A stretch of DNA of 64,000 bases from Octopus sinensis (GCF_006345805.1 NW_021833244.1:23817-87816), one strand, 5' to 3'. Shown: positions 1-13,233, numbered from the stretch's first letter. Notes: generated by a model from the sequence alone, not told the origin. Translations and numbers: made by a program.

Positions 1-94
1 GCGAAGTTTACATCCTGCCACAATGGACATAAAAGCAGCGAACAGTGTGCAACAGGATGTTGCTTAACTGCCCCTGGCAACCATCACCTCCGCA

Positions 95-595
95 TCACGG
101 CGGCGCTAGTGGTGGTGGTGGTGGTGGTGGCGACGGCGGCAGCAGCACCAGCAGCGGCGGTGGTGATGGTGGTGGAGGTGGTGACAGTGGTGGTGGTGGT
201 TACAGTGGTGGTGGTGGCGGTGGTGACGGTGGCGGTGGTGGTGGTGACGGTGGTGGTGGTGACTGTGGTAGTGGTGGTGATGGTGGTGGCGGTGCCAGTG
301 GTGACGGTGGTGGAGGTGGTAACGGTAGTGGTGGTGGTGGTGGTGGTGGTGGTGACGGTGGTGGTGGTGCCGGTGGTGGTGGTGGTGGGGGGGGGGGGGT
401 GGCGACGGCGGCGACGGCGGCAGCAGCACCAGCAGCGGCGGTGGTGATGGTGGTGGAGGTGGTGACGGTGGTGGTGGTGGTGGTGGTGGTGACGGTGGTG
501 GTGGTGCCGGTGGTGGTGGTGGTGGTGGTGGCGACGGCGGCAGCAGCAGCACCAGCAGCAGCAGCGGTGGTGGTGGTGGTGGTGGTGGTGGTGGG
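95..595. repeat. (GGT)n-rich compound microsatellite with an internal duplicated block
   Basis: Degenerate ggt/ggc/gac triplets. The block ggcgacggcggcagcagcaccagcagcggcggtggtgatggtggtggaggtggtgac recurs at about 130, 410 and 530. Confidence 0.95.
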
Positions 596-864
596 TTGCC
601 ATACTGACACACCTGACCGCCAACTGACCGATAATGACTGGACTCCATTAGCGATTGGAAGCTTTGTGGGAAAAAAAAAAGGGGATGGGGGGGGGCAAAA
701 TCAAACAAAAAATAAATAAAGAAATCAGAGACATCCAGCGACATCAGATCAATAACAGATTGCATTGAAGCTTGGAGACAGATGCAGTTTATACTGCACA
801 AAACACGTCGCGTACACAAGCATGCACACACAGACACACACACACACTATATATATATATATAT

Positions 865-1185
865 ATACTCTCTTTTAGTCTTTTACTTGTTTCAGTCAGT
901 TGACTGCGGCCATGCTGGAGCACCGCCTTTAGTCGAGCAACTCGACCCCGGGACTTATTCTTTTTTGTAAGCCCAGTACTTATTCTATCGGTCTCTTTTT
1001 GCCGAACCGCCAAGTGACGGGGACGTAAACACACCAGCATCGGTTGTCAAGCAATGCTAGGGAGACAAACACAGACACACACACACATATATATATATAC
1101 ATATACATATATACGATGGGCTTCTTTCAGTTTCCGTCTACCAAATCCACTCACAAGGCATTGGTCGGCCCGAGGCTATAGCAGA

Positions 1186-1232
<47 letters not shown>

Positions 1233-1400
1233 GATAGGCTTCTTTCAGTTTCCGTCTACCAAATCCACTCACAAGGCTTTTGGTTGGCTCGAGGCTATAG
1301 CAGAAGACACTTGCCCAAGGTGCCACGCAGTGGGACTGAACCCGGAACCATGTGGCTGGTAAGCAAGCTACATACCACACAGCCACTCCTGCGCCTATAT
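865..1400 (-). mobile_element. SINE family A (tRNA-derived head, CORE-like ccttgggcaagtg, (TA)n/(TG)n middle, tail gactgaaacaagtaaaagagta), with a partly duplicated middle
   Basis: Head ggcgcaggagtggctgtgtggta...ggttcagtcccac has Pol III A/B-box-like motifs. The same sequence recurs more than 15 times in the window. Confidence 0.9.
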
Positions 1401-1448
1401 ACACAGCCACTCAAAGACCGTGGCCATGCTGGAGCACTGCCATTGTAA

Positions 1449-1655
1449 TCACCTTTCCACTTTCCACCTTTGTCGGAGCGGCTTTTGGTGAAGGATGGAG
1501 TTCGATGCTACTGCCCTCTTTTGAGTTTCTTGCTTAGATATTGGCTCATCCGGGATCTCGGCAAGCCAGAGGTCAAGTTCCCGTTTGAAAACGTCTACGT
1601 CCACTCCATAGAGGCTCCTCAGGTGCTTCGGCAGATAGTTAAACAGCTGTGGCTG
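1449..1655 (-). mobile_element. 3' end of CR1/L2-group LINE ORF2 (fragment)
   Basis: Translates PQLFNYLPKHLRSLYGVDVDVFKRELDLWLAEIPDEP, matching the typical LFN.LP...FK..LD C-terminus. Confidence 0.75.
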
Positions 1656-2104
1656 TGTGGTAAGAAGTCTGTGTCCCAACCACATCGTTCTGGGTTCGGT
1701 CCCACTGTGTAGCACCTTGGGCAAGTGTCTTCTACTATAGCCTTGGGCCAACCAAAACCTTGTGAGTGGATTTGGTAGACGGAAACTGAAAGAAGCCCAT
1801 CTGTGTTTGCTACCCACCATCAGTTGTCCAACGATAGTGATGTTTGTGTCCCTGTGACTTAGCAGTTCGGCAGAATAAGTACTAGGATTATGAATAATAA
1901 GTCCCGGGGTCAATTTGTTCAGCTACAATTCTGTACATGTCAAGGCAATTGGCTGATCCCTCATTATAATTATGTTTATAATTATAGAATAGTGTGTGTG
2001 TGTGTGTGTGAGTGTGTGTGTGTGAGTGTGTGTGTGTGAGTGTGTGTGTGTGTGTGTGTGTTTTTTCTGTTTCAGCTCAGAGCTGCGGCCATGCTGAAGC
2101 ACCG

Positions 2105-2142
<38 letters not shown>

Positions 2143-2168
2143 AATATAATATATTTATGGATATGCAT

Positions 2169-2246
<78 letters not shown>

Positions 2247-2305
2247 GTTATGCATATCCATAAATATATATATATTTATGGATATGCATATACATACATA
2301 TATAT

Positions 2306-2350
<45 letters not shown>

Positions 2351-2564
2351 ATGTATGTATGTATGTATATGCATATCCTAAATATTATATATTTGTTTTA
2401 TATATATATATATATATATATTCAATTAGAAGTTAAATTAGCCTCATTAAGGGATGGTATCATCCAATTAATTACTGGGTTAATACCTAATAATTGTTGT
2501 GAACGCTAATATTCATAAAACAATAGGTTTGTATACATAAATGATGGTTTATAATCGTTTGACA

Positions 2565-2704
2565 GAAAGTAAGGAAATGTCGATATAACATTTAATAAAA
2601 ATTTATTATCTGCAAAAATCAAACATGGTCTCTTAGAGCTGTTTCAATGATTCTTGCAGATAATAAATTTTTATTAAATGTTATATCGACATTTTCTTAC
2701 TTTC
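2565..2704. repeat. Inverted repeat with 57-bp arms (2 mismatches) and a 26-nt loop
   Basis: 2565-2621 is the reverse complement of 2648-2704. Confidence 0.95.
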
Positions 2705-2744
2705 TTTTGAATAATTATAAACAATGATGTATATATATGTTGGT

Positions 2745-3127
2745 TGGAAGCACTCCGTCGGTTATACGACGAGGGTTCCGGCTGATCCGATCAACGGAAC
2801 AGCCTGCTCGTGAAATTAACGTGTAAGTGGCTGAGCACTCCACAGACACGTGCACCCTTAACGTAGTTCTCGGGGATATTCAGCGTGACACAGAGAGTGA
2901 CAAGGCCGGCCCTTTGAAATACAAGTACAACAGAAACAGGAAGAAAGAGTGAGAGAAAGTTGTGGTGAAAGAGTACAGCAGGGATCACCACCATCCCCTG
3001 CCGGAGCATCATGGAGCTTTAGGTGTTTTTGCTCAATAAACACTCACAACAACCGGTCTGGGAATCGAAACCGCGATCCTACGACCGCGAGTCCACTGCC
3101 CTACCCACTGGGCCATTGCGCCTCCAC
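2745..3127 (-). mobile_element. SINE family C (tRNA-derived head ggcgcaatggcccagtgggtagggcagtggactc...ggtttcgattccc)
   Basis: A and B boxes are present. Near-identical copies lie at 15695-16060 and 58600-58984. Confidence 0.9.
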
Positions 3128-3733
3128 ATAGAGTGGCAGGAATATGGCTGCAGTGAGCATTCCGAATGCCCGTCGAATCAAAAACAGAATTCCGCGCGCT
3201 TTGTTGGCAGCATGGACGCACTGGGCTGAAGGTGAAAAGGAGGAATCCACCAAGATACCCAGGTCCTTTACCTGATCGGTCCTCTCTCAGCAGCAGACGA
3301 CCCGGCTCGAAATCAAGTTGAGTTGCAGGAGTAGAGCCGACAGGCAGATGACAGCACTTTGACACGTTCAGACACAGGTCCCAATCGTTAGACCACTTCC
3401 AATTTGGTGGAGGCATCGACGAAGATCCTCTATACTACCGCGAGGAGCGACCAGTTTGATATCGTCGGCAAATAGAAGGGTGTGTTGCGTGAGGTCGTCG
3501 GGCAAGTCATTTATGAAGACTAAGAACAACAAGGGCCCAAGCACTGAACCTTGAGGCACGCCACTGCTCGCACTGGAGACGTCGGACCGCGAACCATTAA
3601 CTTGAACTTGGAAGGAGCGATCTGAGAGGAAGGCACCAACCCATCGTACAATATCCGGATGGAAACTATATGCTTGAAGCTTGACAAGTAGTAGGCGGTG
3701 GTTTACCGAGTCAAAAGCTTTGGCAAAGTCCAA
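3128..3733 (-). mobile_element. CR1/L2-group LINE reverse transcriptase fragment, frameshifted
   Basis: DFAKAFDSVNH, SGVPQGSVLGPLLFLVFINDL, LFADDIKL, then WSNDWDLCLNVSKC after a frameshift. Confidence 0.95.
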
Positions 3734-3873
3734 TTGTATATATATAGTTCATAGATGAGATCCAGATATTCTGCACATAGAATATACTTAGTAGACCTCA
3801 AGAGGTTTAAATTTGAGTGGGTTTAGAAGTAAATGTAAGGATATGCAAGTGAAACAGTTCAATATATAAAGTA

Positions 3874-4393
3874 CTAGCAGCATAGCCCGGCATTGCCCGG
3901 GTATGTAAGAGCCCCTGGAGCAGACATGATGCTCGCTGTGAATTTTAAAGAAATTCCTGCCAATTTGAGAAAGATATTGTCGAAAATATGTCATCTTGAA
4001 TTTGAACGCGATTTCCCAAAATGGCATGATTTTATCGATTTTTTCTGATGGTAAGGTATTGCATGGAAAACTAACATCAGAATTAAGTTTCTTAGGGTAA
4101 CATTAAGCTTCACCATGAGTTTGGTGAAAATCGATTGCAAGTTGCGAAAACTACAACAGAAAATGTGTTGTAAATAAAAAGCTTAGATTTTCAACCCCAT
4201 GTCGAATTTATCGATTTTTTTCAGAACTGGGGGAATTTTTCGAAGTTTTCGCTGCGTTACTTTTGAATTATGACATGGGGCTATGTGTGTGTCAAGTTTC
4301 ATCAGAATCGGTTGAAAGCCGTGGTCAGGGTGAGGGTACAACCTGACAGACACACAGACAGACAAACTGCCGTTTATATATAGAGAGAAGAGA
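3874..4393 (-). mobile_element. Non-autonomous Helitron-like element
   Basis: On the minus strand it starts A|TC and ends CTAG|T. A subterminal hairpin cccgg-cattgc-ccggg lies about 10 nt from the 3' end. It shares termini with 32583-32962 and 42643-43040. Confidence 0.75.
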
Positions 4394-4399
4394 TATGAA

Positions 4400-4985
4400 A
4401 TACATGAAATGCAAAAAATGTATACATGTACACATATAAAAAGGTCCAACTTACACGGAATACAAATGGTCCATAAGAATGTCTGTAGATTGATTGCATC
4501 ATACAATGTGACAACTCCCTGTCTTCAGGGAAGAGATCTTACATTTGAGATGTCAAAGGAGAGAATCTACAAACATTGTTATGGACGACTGAGCCTCCTG
4601 AAACAGCTGTTGGGTTTGCAGTACTTTTCCCACCACCCCTTTAAATCTCTGTACAGTTTGTACAATCGACTCCAGAGGTTCTCAATAGGGTTCAGGTCAG
4701 GTGACTGGCCAGCACGTACTCCTCGCCACCAAAGAGGTATCCCGTACTATCTCAACGTACTTTGCTGCGTTGATGTTGCCTTCGACGGCATAGAGCTGCC
4801 CAACACCACTGTAGCTGAACGCCCCTCACACCATCAGAGCACCCCCACCATGCTTCATGGTGAACAAATCAAGGGTGCTAATTAATTTTTGACGGTAGTG
4901 TATTGCAGCAGTCCTTCAGTATTGGGCCTGTAATCAGGCCTTTTGCGACACCCTAAAAGACAAGGACTTTTCAGCACTCCCTTGC
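4400..4985 (-). mobile_element. Tc1-type DD34E transposase remnant
   Basis: KHGGGALMV*GAFSYSGVGQLYAVEGNINAAKYVEI (around 4855) and GQSPDLNPIENLW (4672-4704), with stops. Confidence 0.9.
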
Positions 4986-4989
4986 ATAT

Positions 4990-5560
4990 GTATACTCTCT
5001 TTTTGCTTGTTTCAGATATTTGACTGTGGTCATGCTGGAGCACCGCCTTTAGTCAAGCAAATCGATCCCAGGACTTATTCTTTGTAAGCCTAGTACTTAT
5101 TCTATCGGTCTCTTTTGCCAAACCGCTAAGTTACAGGGACATAAACACACCAGCATTGGTTATCAAGTGATGTTAGGAGGAGAAACACAGACATACAAAT
5201 ATATACATACACATACATACATATATATACATATATACGAACGGCTTCTTTCAGTTTCCGTCTACCAAATCCACTCACAAGGCTTTGGTTGGCCCGAGGC
5301 TATAGTAGAAGACACTTGCCTAAGGTACCATGCAGTGGGACTGAACCCGGAACCATGTGGTTCGTAAGCAAGCTACTTACCACACAGCCACTGTCCATAT
5401 GCAAAGCTGTGTGGTATGGAGTCTACTTCCCAACTACATGGCTCTGGGTTCAATCCCACAGGGTGTAACACCATGGGCCAGTGTCTTCAACTAGAGCCTT
5501 GGGCCATGGAAAGCCTTGTGAATGGCTTTGATAAATGGAAACTGAAAGAAGCCCGTCATA
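4990..5560. mobile_element. Two family A SINEs head-to-head (4990-5395 minus, 5395-5560 plus and degenerate)
   Basis: Family A sequence in both orientations. Confidence 0.85.
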
Positions 5561-5829
5561 TGTGTGTGTGTGTGTGTGTGTGCGTATTGCCTCAAGGAGA
5601 CATTTGTTTATGCATTCTGCAAACAACATATCCCGTAATTCTTCAGTTCTGAAGTATGTGGATCGGAGCTGGGGGGAAGGGGGGGGGGAGAAAGGGAGGG
5701 GGGGGGTAAATAAAATTTTTCAGCCACTTGTAAGGGTTGGGGACAGGAAGAACATCCGACTGGAGGAGACAGCCTCAGTTAAGTGTCCCCTGGCTTATGT
5801 TATCTTAGAAGGAAACAAATAGGGAACAG

Positions 5830-7122
5830 CTGTGTGTGTGTGTGTGTGTATGCTGATAATACACTTGCATATATGTGTGTATATGTGTGTGTGTGTAGAG
5901 CGAGAGAGAAAGAGAGAGAGAAAGGGAGAGTGCACACAAACATATATATATATATATACAATTTAATAAATAAAATATATGCATACATACATACATATAT
6001 GTACGTACCTACATCTATATGTATATATACATGCATATATATATACATGCATATATATATATGAGTACAGGACACCACAAATAAACGTAGAACACAACGA
6101 GAAATGAAAACATATATATATATATATAGACAAATATACATACATACATACATGCGTATGTGCTGCATGAGTGGGTGTATGTAAATACAAATATGAAAAC
6201 ATACATATATACACACGTGTATATAGGCACAAACACATCTACATGTATAGATGTATACACATTCATACACACACACACCACACACACACACACACACACC
6301 TATCCATGCAAAAATATATATATATATATATACACACACATACACATATATATAAATATATACACACACACACGTATATACATGCACACACACATATACA
6401 CACATATATACAAGCACACATACACATACAGACATATACACACACACATATATACACACACACATACACATATATATAAATATATACACACACACATATA
6501 CACACATGCACACACACACACACATGCACACACATATACACACATATATACAAGCACACATACACATACAGACATATGCACACACACATATATACACACA
6601 CATACACATATATATATACATATATACACACACACATACACATATATATACATATATATACACACGCATATACACACATGCACATACACACACACACATG
6701 TATATACATGCACACACACATATACACACATATATACAAGCACAAATACACATACAGACATATATGCACACATATATACACACATACACATATATATACA
6801 TATATATATACACATGCACATACACACACACACATGTATATACATGCACACACACATATACACACAGACATATATGCACACACACACATACACATATATA
6901 TACATATATATACACACACATATACACACATGCACATACACACACACACATATATACATGCACAAATACACATACAGACATATATGCACACACACATATA
7001 TACACATACACATATATATACATATATATACACATATACACACATGCACATACACACACACACACACACGTATATACATGCACACACACACATACACACA
7101 CGCGTTTACACACACACACACA
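5830..7122. repeat. Compound (CA)/(TA) microsatellite with longer internal repeats
   Basis: Recurrent cacacatatatacaagcaca.atacacatacagacatat blocks. Confidence 0.95.
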
Positions 7123-7239
7123 CTGTAAATTGCCAGTTAAAACATTAAACAGAAACTAAGGAGGTTGTGTCAGCGAGAAACAGGTTTTTGGAATTAATGT
7201 TGTTTATACAGGATTGGAGGGGAGGGGGAACAGGGGGGA

Positions 7240-8150
7240 AGGGGTGGCGGTGGCGGTGGGGGGTGGCGGTGACAGCAACCGGTGTAGTTGTATTGGCGGT
7301 AGTGTTGATGGTGGTGTAGAGGCTTTTACTGATGATCATAGAGATGATGGTGGTGGTGTGGGTTGTAGTGATGGAAGTAGTGGTGGCGGTGGTGGTGAGA
7401 GTGGTGATGGTATTGGTGGTGGTGGTGGTGGTGGTGGTTGTAGTGATGGAAGTAGTGGTGCTGGTGGAAGCGGTGATGGTATTGGTGGTGGTGGTTGTAG
7501 TGATGGAAGTGGTGGTGGTGGGGGTGGTGGGAGTGGTGATGGTATTGGTGGTGGTGGTGGTGGTTGTAGTGATGGAAGTAGTGGTGCTGGTGAAAGTGGT
7601 GATGGTGGTGGTGGCTGTAGTGATGGAAGTAGTGGTGGCGGTGGTGGTGAGAGTGGTGATGGTATTGGTGGTGGTGGTGGTGGTTGTAGTGATGGAAGTA
7701 GTGGTGGTGGTGGGGGGGTGGTGGGAGTGGTGATGGTGGTGGTGGTTGTAGTGATGGAAGTGGTGGTGGTGGGGGTGGTGGAGTGGTGATGGTATTGGTG
7801 GTGGTGGTGGTGGTTGTAGTGATGGAAGTAGTGGTGCTGGTGAAAGTGGTGATGGTGGTGGTGGTGGTTGTAGTGATGGAAGTAGTGGTGGCGGTGGTGG
7901 TGAGAGTGGTGATGGTATTGGTGGTGGTGGTGGTGGTTGTAGTGATGGAAGTAGTGGTGGTGGTGGGGGTGGTGGGAGTGGTGATGGTGGTGGTGGTTGT
8001 AGTGATTGATGGTCATGGTGATGGTGGTGGTGGTTGTAGTGATGGAAGTAGTGGTGCTGGTGGGAGTGGTGATGGTATTGGTGGTGGGGTAGTTGTAGTG
8101 ATGGAAGTAGTGGCGGTGTGAGTGGTTGTATAGTGGTGGTGGTGGTGATG
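7240..8150. repeat. GGT/GAT-derived minisatellite
   Basis: Repeated ggttgtagtgatggaagtagtggtg...gagtggtgatggtattggtggt units. Confidence 0.95.
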
Positions 8151-8489
8151 GGAGTGGCGATGGTAGTAGCTCATGATTACAACATGGTGGCAGCTGTTTA
8201 ACCCTAGGTTGGTGCTGATCCAGCAGACCTGTCTATCAGAGGCATCCCAGCCGCAACTGGACACGGCATAGTGCACCTCTGAGTACATCATCTAATGTAC
8301 CCTTTTGCCTAAATCATGGACACAACCTTAGAAACGTCACGTGATGGTGGCGACCCCTTTCCTCCTCCTCCTCCTCCTCTTCCTCCTCTTCCTCCTGCCC
8401 CAACAAATAACGACAGACATCAATTATTGTCATCATCTCTGAGATGATGATGACAGCAATGGTGTGCGGGGAGGTGGGGCAGAGAAAAC

Positions 8490-8817
8490 TGGAAGAAGTG
8501 ATGATGATGATGATGATGATGACGATGATGATGATGATGGTGTTGGTGGCCACGTTGATGATGCAAGAGATTGGCGGTGGGGGCGGCGGTGGTGGTGGTA
8601 AGGATGATGGTACTGGAATTGATTGCAGGGATGCTGGTAATGATCATGTTGACTGCTTGTTGATGACGGTGATGATGAGGATATAGATGATTATTATGAT
8701 GACGATGGTGGTGGTGGTGGTGGTGGTGGTTTTTATGAAAATGATGGTGATGACAACAATGGATATAATGATGACAATGATGATGACGATGATGGTGGTG
8801 GTGATGATACTGATGAT

Positions 8818-8848
<31 letters not shown>

Positions 8849-9290
8849 TCAATAATGATATTGATGATGACGATGATGATGGAGGTGATGATGATGATGT
8901 CAATGATGATACTGATGATGACGATGATGATGGAGGTGATGATGATGATGACGATGTCAATGATGATGATGATGATGTCAATGATGGTGATGATGATGAC
9001 GATGGTGGTGGTGATAATGAAAAATAGTGGTGATGAGAATGATGATAGTGTTGGTGATGATTGTGATGACTATGGCATAGATGACGATGACAGAGGTGGT
9101 GGTGATCATTATGATGCCGATGGAGATGATGATGATACTGATGGTGGTGACGATGACGGAGATGATGATGATGCTGATGGTAACGACTGGTGGTGGTCGT
9201 CGTGATGGTGGTGATGACGACGATGGCAACGATGATCTTGACGATGACGATTCTGCAGCAACTGATGCAGCAGCTGCTGATGATGACAGA
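8490..9290. repeat. Degenerate (GAT)n microsatellite
   Basis: gatgatgat runs with interruptions. Confidence 0.95.
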
Positions 9291-9545
9291 TGATACTGAC
9301 GTGGTCTCACATCCTGCCTTCCCGACCCAAACACAGAAAACCCCTTCAAATGTAAACACATCTCCAAACTAAAACAAATATTTTCTCTTCTCTTCAAACA
9401 CATTTTCAAATCCACCCTCGCCCATCCCCACTGCCCATCCTGGCATTTCACTGCCTCACATTTCCAAAACTTACCTACGCCTTAGCACAGAAAACCATCA
9501 TCATCATCATCATCATCATATTATTATTATTATTATTATTATTAT

Positions 9546-9815
9546 TAAGGTGGCGAGCTGGCAGAATCGTTAGCACGCTGGCTGAAATGCTTAGTGGTAT
9601 TTCATCTGTCGCTATGTTCTGAGTTCAAATTCCGCCAAGGTTGACATCCTTTTGGGGTGGATTAAATTAGTACCAGTTACACACTGGGGTCAATTAAATA
9701 AATACCAGTTATCCAGTGGGTTTGATTAAATATGTGCCAGTCACACACTGGGGGTCGATGTCACTGAATTAATTCCTTCCCAAAATTTAAGGCCTTGTGC
9801 CAATAATAGAAGGGA
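9546..9815 (+). mobile_element. SINE family B ((ATT)n-tailed variant; tRNA-like head taaggcggcgagctggcagaa, central gtcgactttgcctttcatcctttcggggtcgataaattaagtaccag)
   Basis: B-box-like gagttcaaattcc. Many copies in the window. Confidence 0.85.
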
Positions 9816-10246
9816 CTATTATTATTGAGTGAGAGAGCAGTTCATGCCACCAAAGTGACACTGAGGTAAAATATACAAAGCCCAGTATAACCATCATGAC
9901 TACCCGTGTGATAAGGGTACACCAGGCACATGCATCACAACCATATGTGCGCGACATGGTGATCTGATATCAAGATAAAACCAGCACATGACTTTGCAAG
10001 TGGGGCCCAGTTAGAATTTTCTTCTGGTCAAATAACCCATCCCACTCAAAAGGTCCCTGAATAAGGGTTGTTTAAGGATGTTGAGCGAAACACCCATGTT
10101 TCCAGAGGTGAATTATCCAAACCCTAAAGAATCCCTCTCAACACATGGCTATGATGCTCCCCCACTACTTCTGCTTGTGATCAGAGATGCACATATCGTC
10201 AGCCACCAAGGGACATGCTCAACTGGTAACGGTCAAACAACTGACA

Positions 10247-11467
10247 AGCAAATCTGTGGTATTGAGAAGAATAAGGCGGCGAGTTGGCAGAAACGATAGC
10301 ACGCCGGATGAAATGCTTAGCGGTATTTCGTCTGCCGTTACGTTTTGAGTTCAAATTCCGCCGAGGTCGACTTTCTCTTTCATCCTTTCGGGGTCGATAA
10401 ATTAAGTACCAGTTACGCACCAGGGTTGATGTAATCGACTTAATACCTATGTCTGTCCTTGTTTGTCCCCTCTATGTTTAGCCCCTTGTGGATAATAAAG
10501 AAATAGGTATTGAGCAGAATATTTGCTGTAGCCCATCTTTTACACCAAGACAAAACAATGTACATGATAACACTTCCAATCAGTTAAGATCAGAAGCCAT
10601 GAGAGCCACTGCCTGGAACTGCATCAGGGCATTAGCAAATCTGTGGTATTGAGCAGAATATTTGCTGTAGCCCATCTTTTACACCAAGACAAAACAATGT
10701 ACATGATAACACTTCCAATCAGTTAAGATCAGAAGCCATGAGAGCCACTGCCTGGTACTGCATCAGGGCATTAGCAAATCTGTGGTATTGAGCAGAATAT
10801 TTGCTGTAGCCCATCTTTTACACCAAGACAAAACAATGTACATGATAACACTTCCAATCAGTTAAGATCAGAAGCCATGAGAGCCACTGTCTGGTACTGC
10901 ATCAGGGCATTAGCAAATCTGTGGTATTGAGCAGAATATTTGCTGTAGCCCATCTTTTACACCAAGACAAAACAATGTACATGATAACACTTCCAATCAG
11001 TTAAGATCAGAAGCCATGAGAGCCACTGCCTGGTACTGCATCAGGGCATTAGCAAATCTGTGGTATTGAGCAGAATATTTGCTGTAGCCCATCTTTTACA
11101 CCAAGACAAAACAATGTACATGATAACACTTCCAATCAGTTAAGATCAGAAGCCATGAGAGCCACTGTCTGGTACTGTATCAGGGCATTAGCAAATCTGT
11201 GGTATTGAGCAGAATATTTGCTGTAGCCCATCTTTTACACCAAGACAAAACAATGTACATGATAACACTTCCAATCAGTTAAGATCAGAAGCCATGAGAG
11301 CCACTGCCTGGTACTGCATCAGGGCATTAGCAAATCTGTGGTATTGAGCAGAATATTTGCTGTAGCCCATCTTTTACACCAAGACAAAACAATGTACATG
11401 ATAACACTTCCAATCAGTTAAGATCAGAAGCCATGAAAGCCACTGCCTGGTACTGCATCAGGGCATT
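10247..11467 (+). repeat. 139-bp tandem array, 7 units (first one interrupted)
   Basis: agcaaatctg starts at 10634, 10773, 10912, 11051, 11190 and 11329. Confidence 0.97.
10273..10505 (+). mobile_element. SINE family B (gtaaagaaata-tailed variant) with a 15-bp TSD
   Basis: Flanked by ggtattgagaagaat (10258-10272) and ggtattgagcagaat (10506-10520). Confidence 0.95.
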
Positions 11468-11491
11468 TATTATTAATATTATTATTATTAT

Positions 11492-12158
11492 TAAGGCAGC
11501 GAGCTGGCCGAATCATTAGCAGAGCAAGCAAATGCCTTTCAATCATTCGGGGTTGATAAAGTACCAGTTGCATACAGGGGTTGAACTAATCGACTGGCCC
11601 CCTCCCCAAACATTTCAGGCTTTATGCCTAGAGTAGAAAAGATTATTATTATTATTATTATTATTATTATTGTTATTATTATTATAATTAAGGCAGTGAG
11701 TTGGCCAAATCGTTAGCAGAGTGGGCAAAATGCCTTTCATCTTTTCAGGGTCAATAAATTAAGGTCAATTAAATCAACTGGCCCCCTACCCAACAATTTC
11801 AGATCTTGTGCCTAGAGCAGAAAAGATTATTATTATTATTAAGGCAGTAAGCTGACCGAATCGTTAACAGAGCGAGCAAAATGCTCAGCAGAATTTCATC
11901 TGCCGATACGTTCTGAGTTCAAATTCAACTTTGTCTTTCATCCTTTCAGGGTCAATCAATTAAGTACCAGTGAAACACTGGGGATCAATGTAATCGACTT
12001 AACCCCTTCCTCAAAATTTCAGGCCTTGTGCCTTTAGTAGAAAGTATTATTATTATCATTATTATTATTTTTCGTTAAATAAAAATAAGAAATAAGTGGA
12101 AATTTTACTGGTGAGTGTGTTAAATTATAAGGCACAAAAAGAAAATGACTTTCCTCAA

Positions 12159-12197
<39 letters not shown>

Positions 12198-12480
12198 GAA
12201 GGCAAGTTGGCAGAATTGTTAGCAGCACTTAATCCATCCCTATGTTCCAAGTTCAAATTCCACTGAGGTCGACTTTGCCTTTTTTGGCAGAAGGCCAGCA
12301 ATTTCAGGACAGGGTTAAGTCGATTTTATTGACCGAAATCCTCAACCGGTACTAATTTTGTAAACCCAGGGAGACAAAAGGCAAAGTCGACCTAAGCAGA
12401 ATTTGAACCCAGAACACAATGACAGAAGAAAGGCCGCTAAGCGTTTTTCCGCCTGTGTACTAACGATCCTCCCAGTTCAC
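11492..12480. mobile_element. Chain of family B SINEs separated by (ATT)n (plus copies at about 11492, 11689, 11840 and 12195; minus copy at about 12300-12480)
   Basis: Each taaggc head directly follows an (att)n run. Confidence 0.85.
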
Positions 12481-12487
12481 CACATTG

Positions 12488-12502
12488 ATGATGATAATGA
12501 TG

Positions 12503-12538
<36 letters not shown>

Positions 12539-12580
12539 TAATAAAATAATAAAATAATAAAATAATAATAATAAATAATA

Positions 12581-12620
<40 letters not shown>

Positions 12621-12791
12621 TAATAAAATAATAATAATAATAAAATAATAATAATAAAAATAATAATAATAATAAATAATAATAAATAATAAATAATAAT
12701 AATAATAATAAATAATAATAATAATAATAAATATAATAATAATAAATAATAATAATAAATAATAATAAAATAATAATAATTAATAATAATA

Positions 12792-12827
<36 letters not shown>

Positions 12828-13066
12828 TAATAATAATAATAAATAATAATAATAATAAATAATAATAAATAATAATAATTAATAATAATACTAATAATAA
12901 TATAATAATAATAAATAATAATAATAATAATAAATAATAATAATAATAATAATAATAAATAATAATAATAAATAATAATAATAATAATAATAATAAATAA
13001 TAATAATAATAAATAATAATATAATAATAATAATAATAATAAATAATAATAATAATAAATAATAAT

Positions 13067-13099
<33 letters not shown>

Positions 13100-13177
13100 A
13101 ATAATAATAATAAATAATAATAATAATAATAATAATGATAATAATAATAAAATAATATAATAATAATAATAATAATA

Positions 13178-13233
<56 letters not shown>

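Larger units (their letters stand above)
9824..11467 (+). mobile_element. Approximately 700-bp interspersed retroposon-like element (family F) whose 3' 139 bp are amplified 7 times, with a family B SINE inserted in the first unit
   Basis: Homologous to the reverse complement of 37002-37685 and followed by an (ATT)n tail. Confidence 0.85.

Noticed and set aside
700-830. Minus-strand peptide INCICLQASMQSVIDL after a gtgcag acceptor, superficially like the PKDCC ICL continuation
   Set aside because: It is in the wrong phase for the phase-0 donor and lacks kinase catalytic motifs.
45-843. Gly-, Val-, His-, Pro- and Thr-rich ORFs of 100-245 aa
   Set aside because: They are frame products of the (GGT)n microsatellite, open in several frames and on both strands, with no splice or homology support.
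5660-5706. G-run cluster with G-quadruplex potential, and the E-box GTCACGTGAT at 8336-8345
   Set aside because: Short motifs expected by chance in this composition, with no independent support.
7214-8121. GGGGCSDGSSG-repeat ORF resembling a structural protein
   Set aside because: It derives from a GGT/GAT minisatellite, the frame shifts mid-array, and nothing supports it being expressed.
9469-9497. Strong minus-strand donor AG|GTAAGT at 9475/9474
   Set aside because: Upstream sequence is microsatellite, with no acceptor or kinase-like frame.
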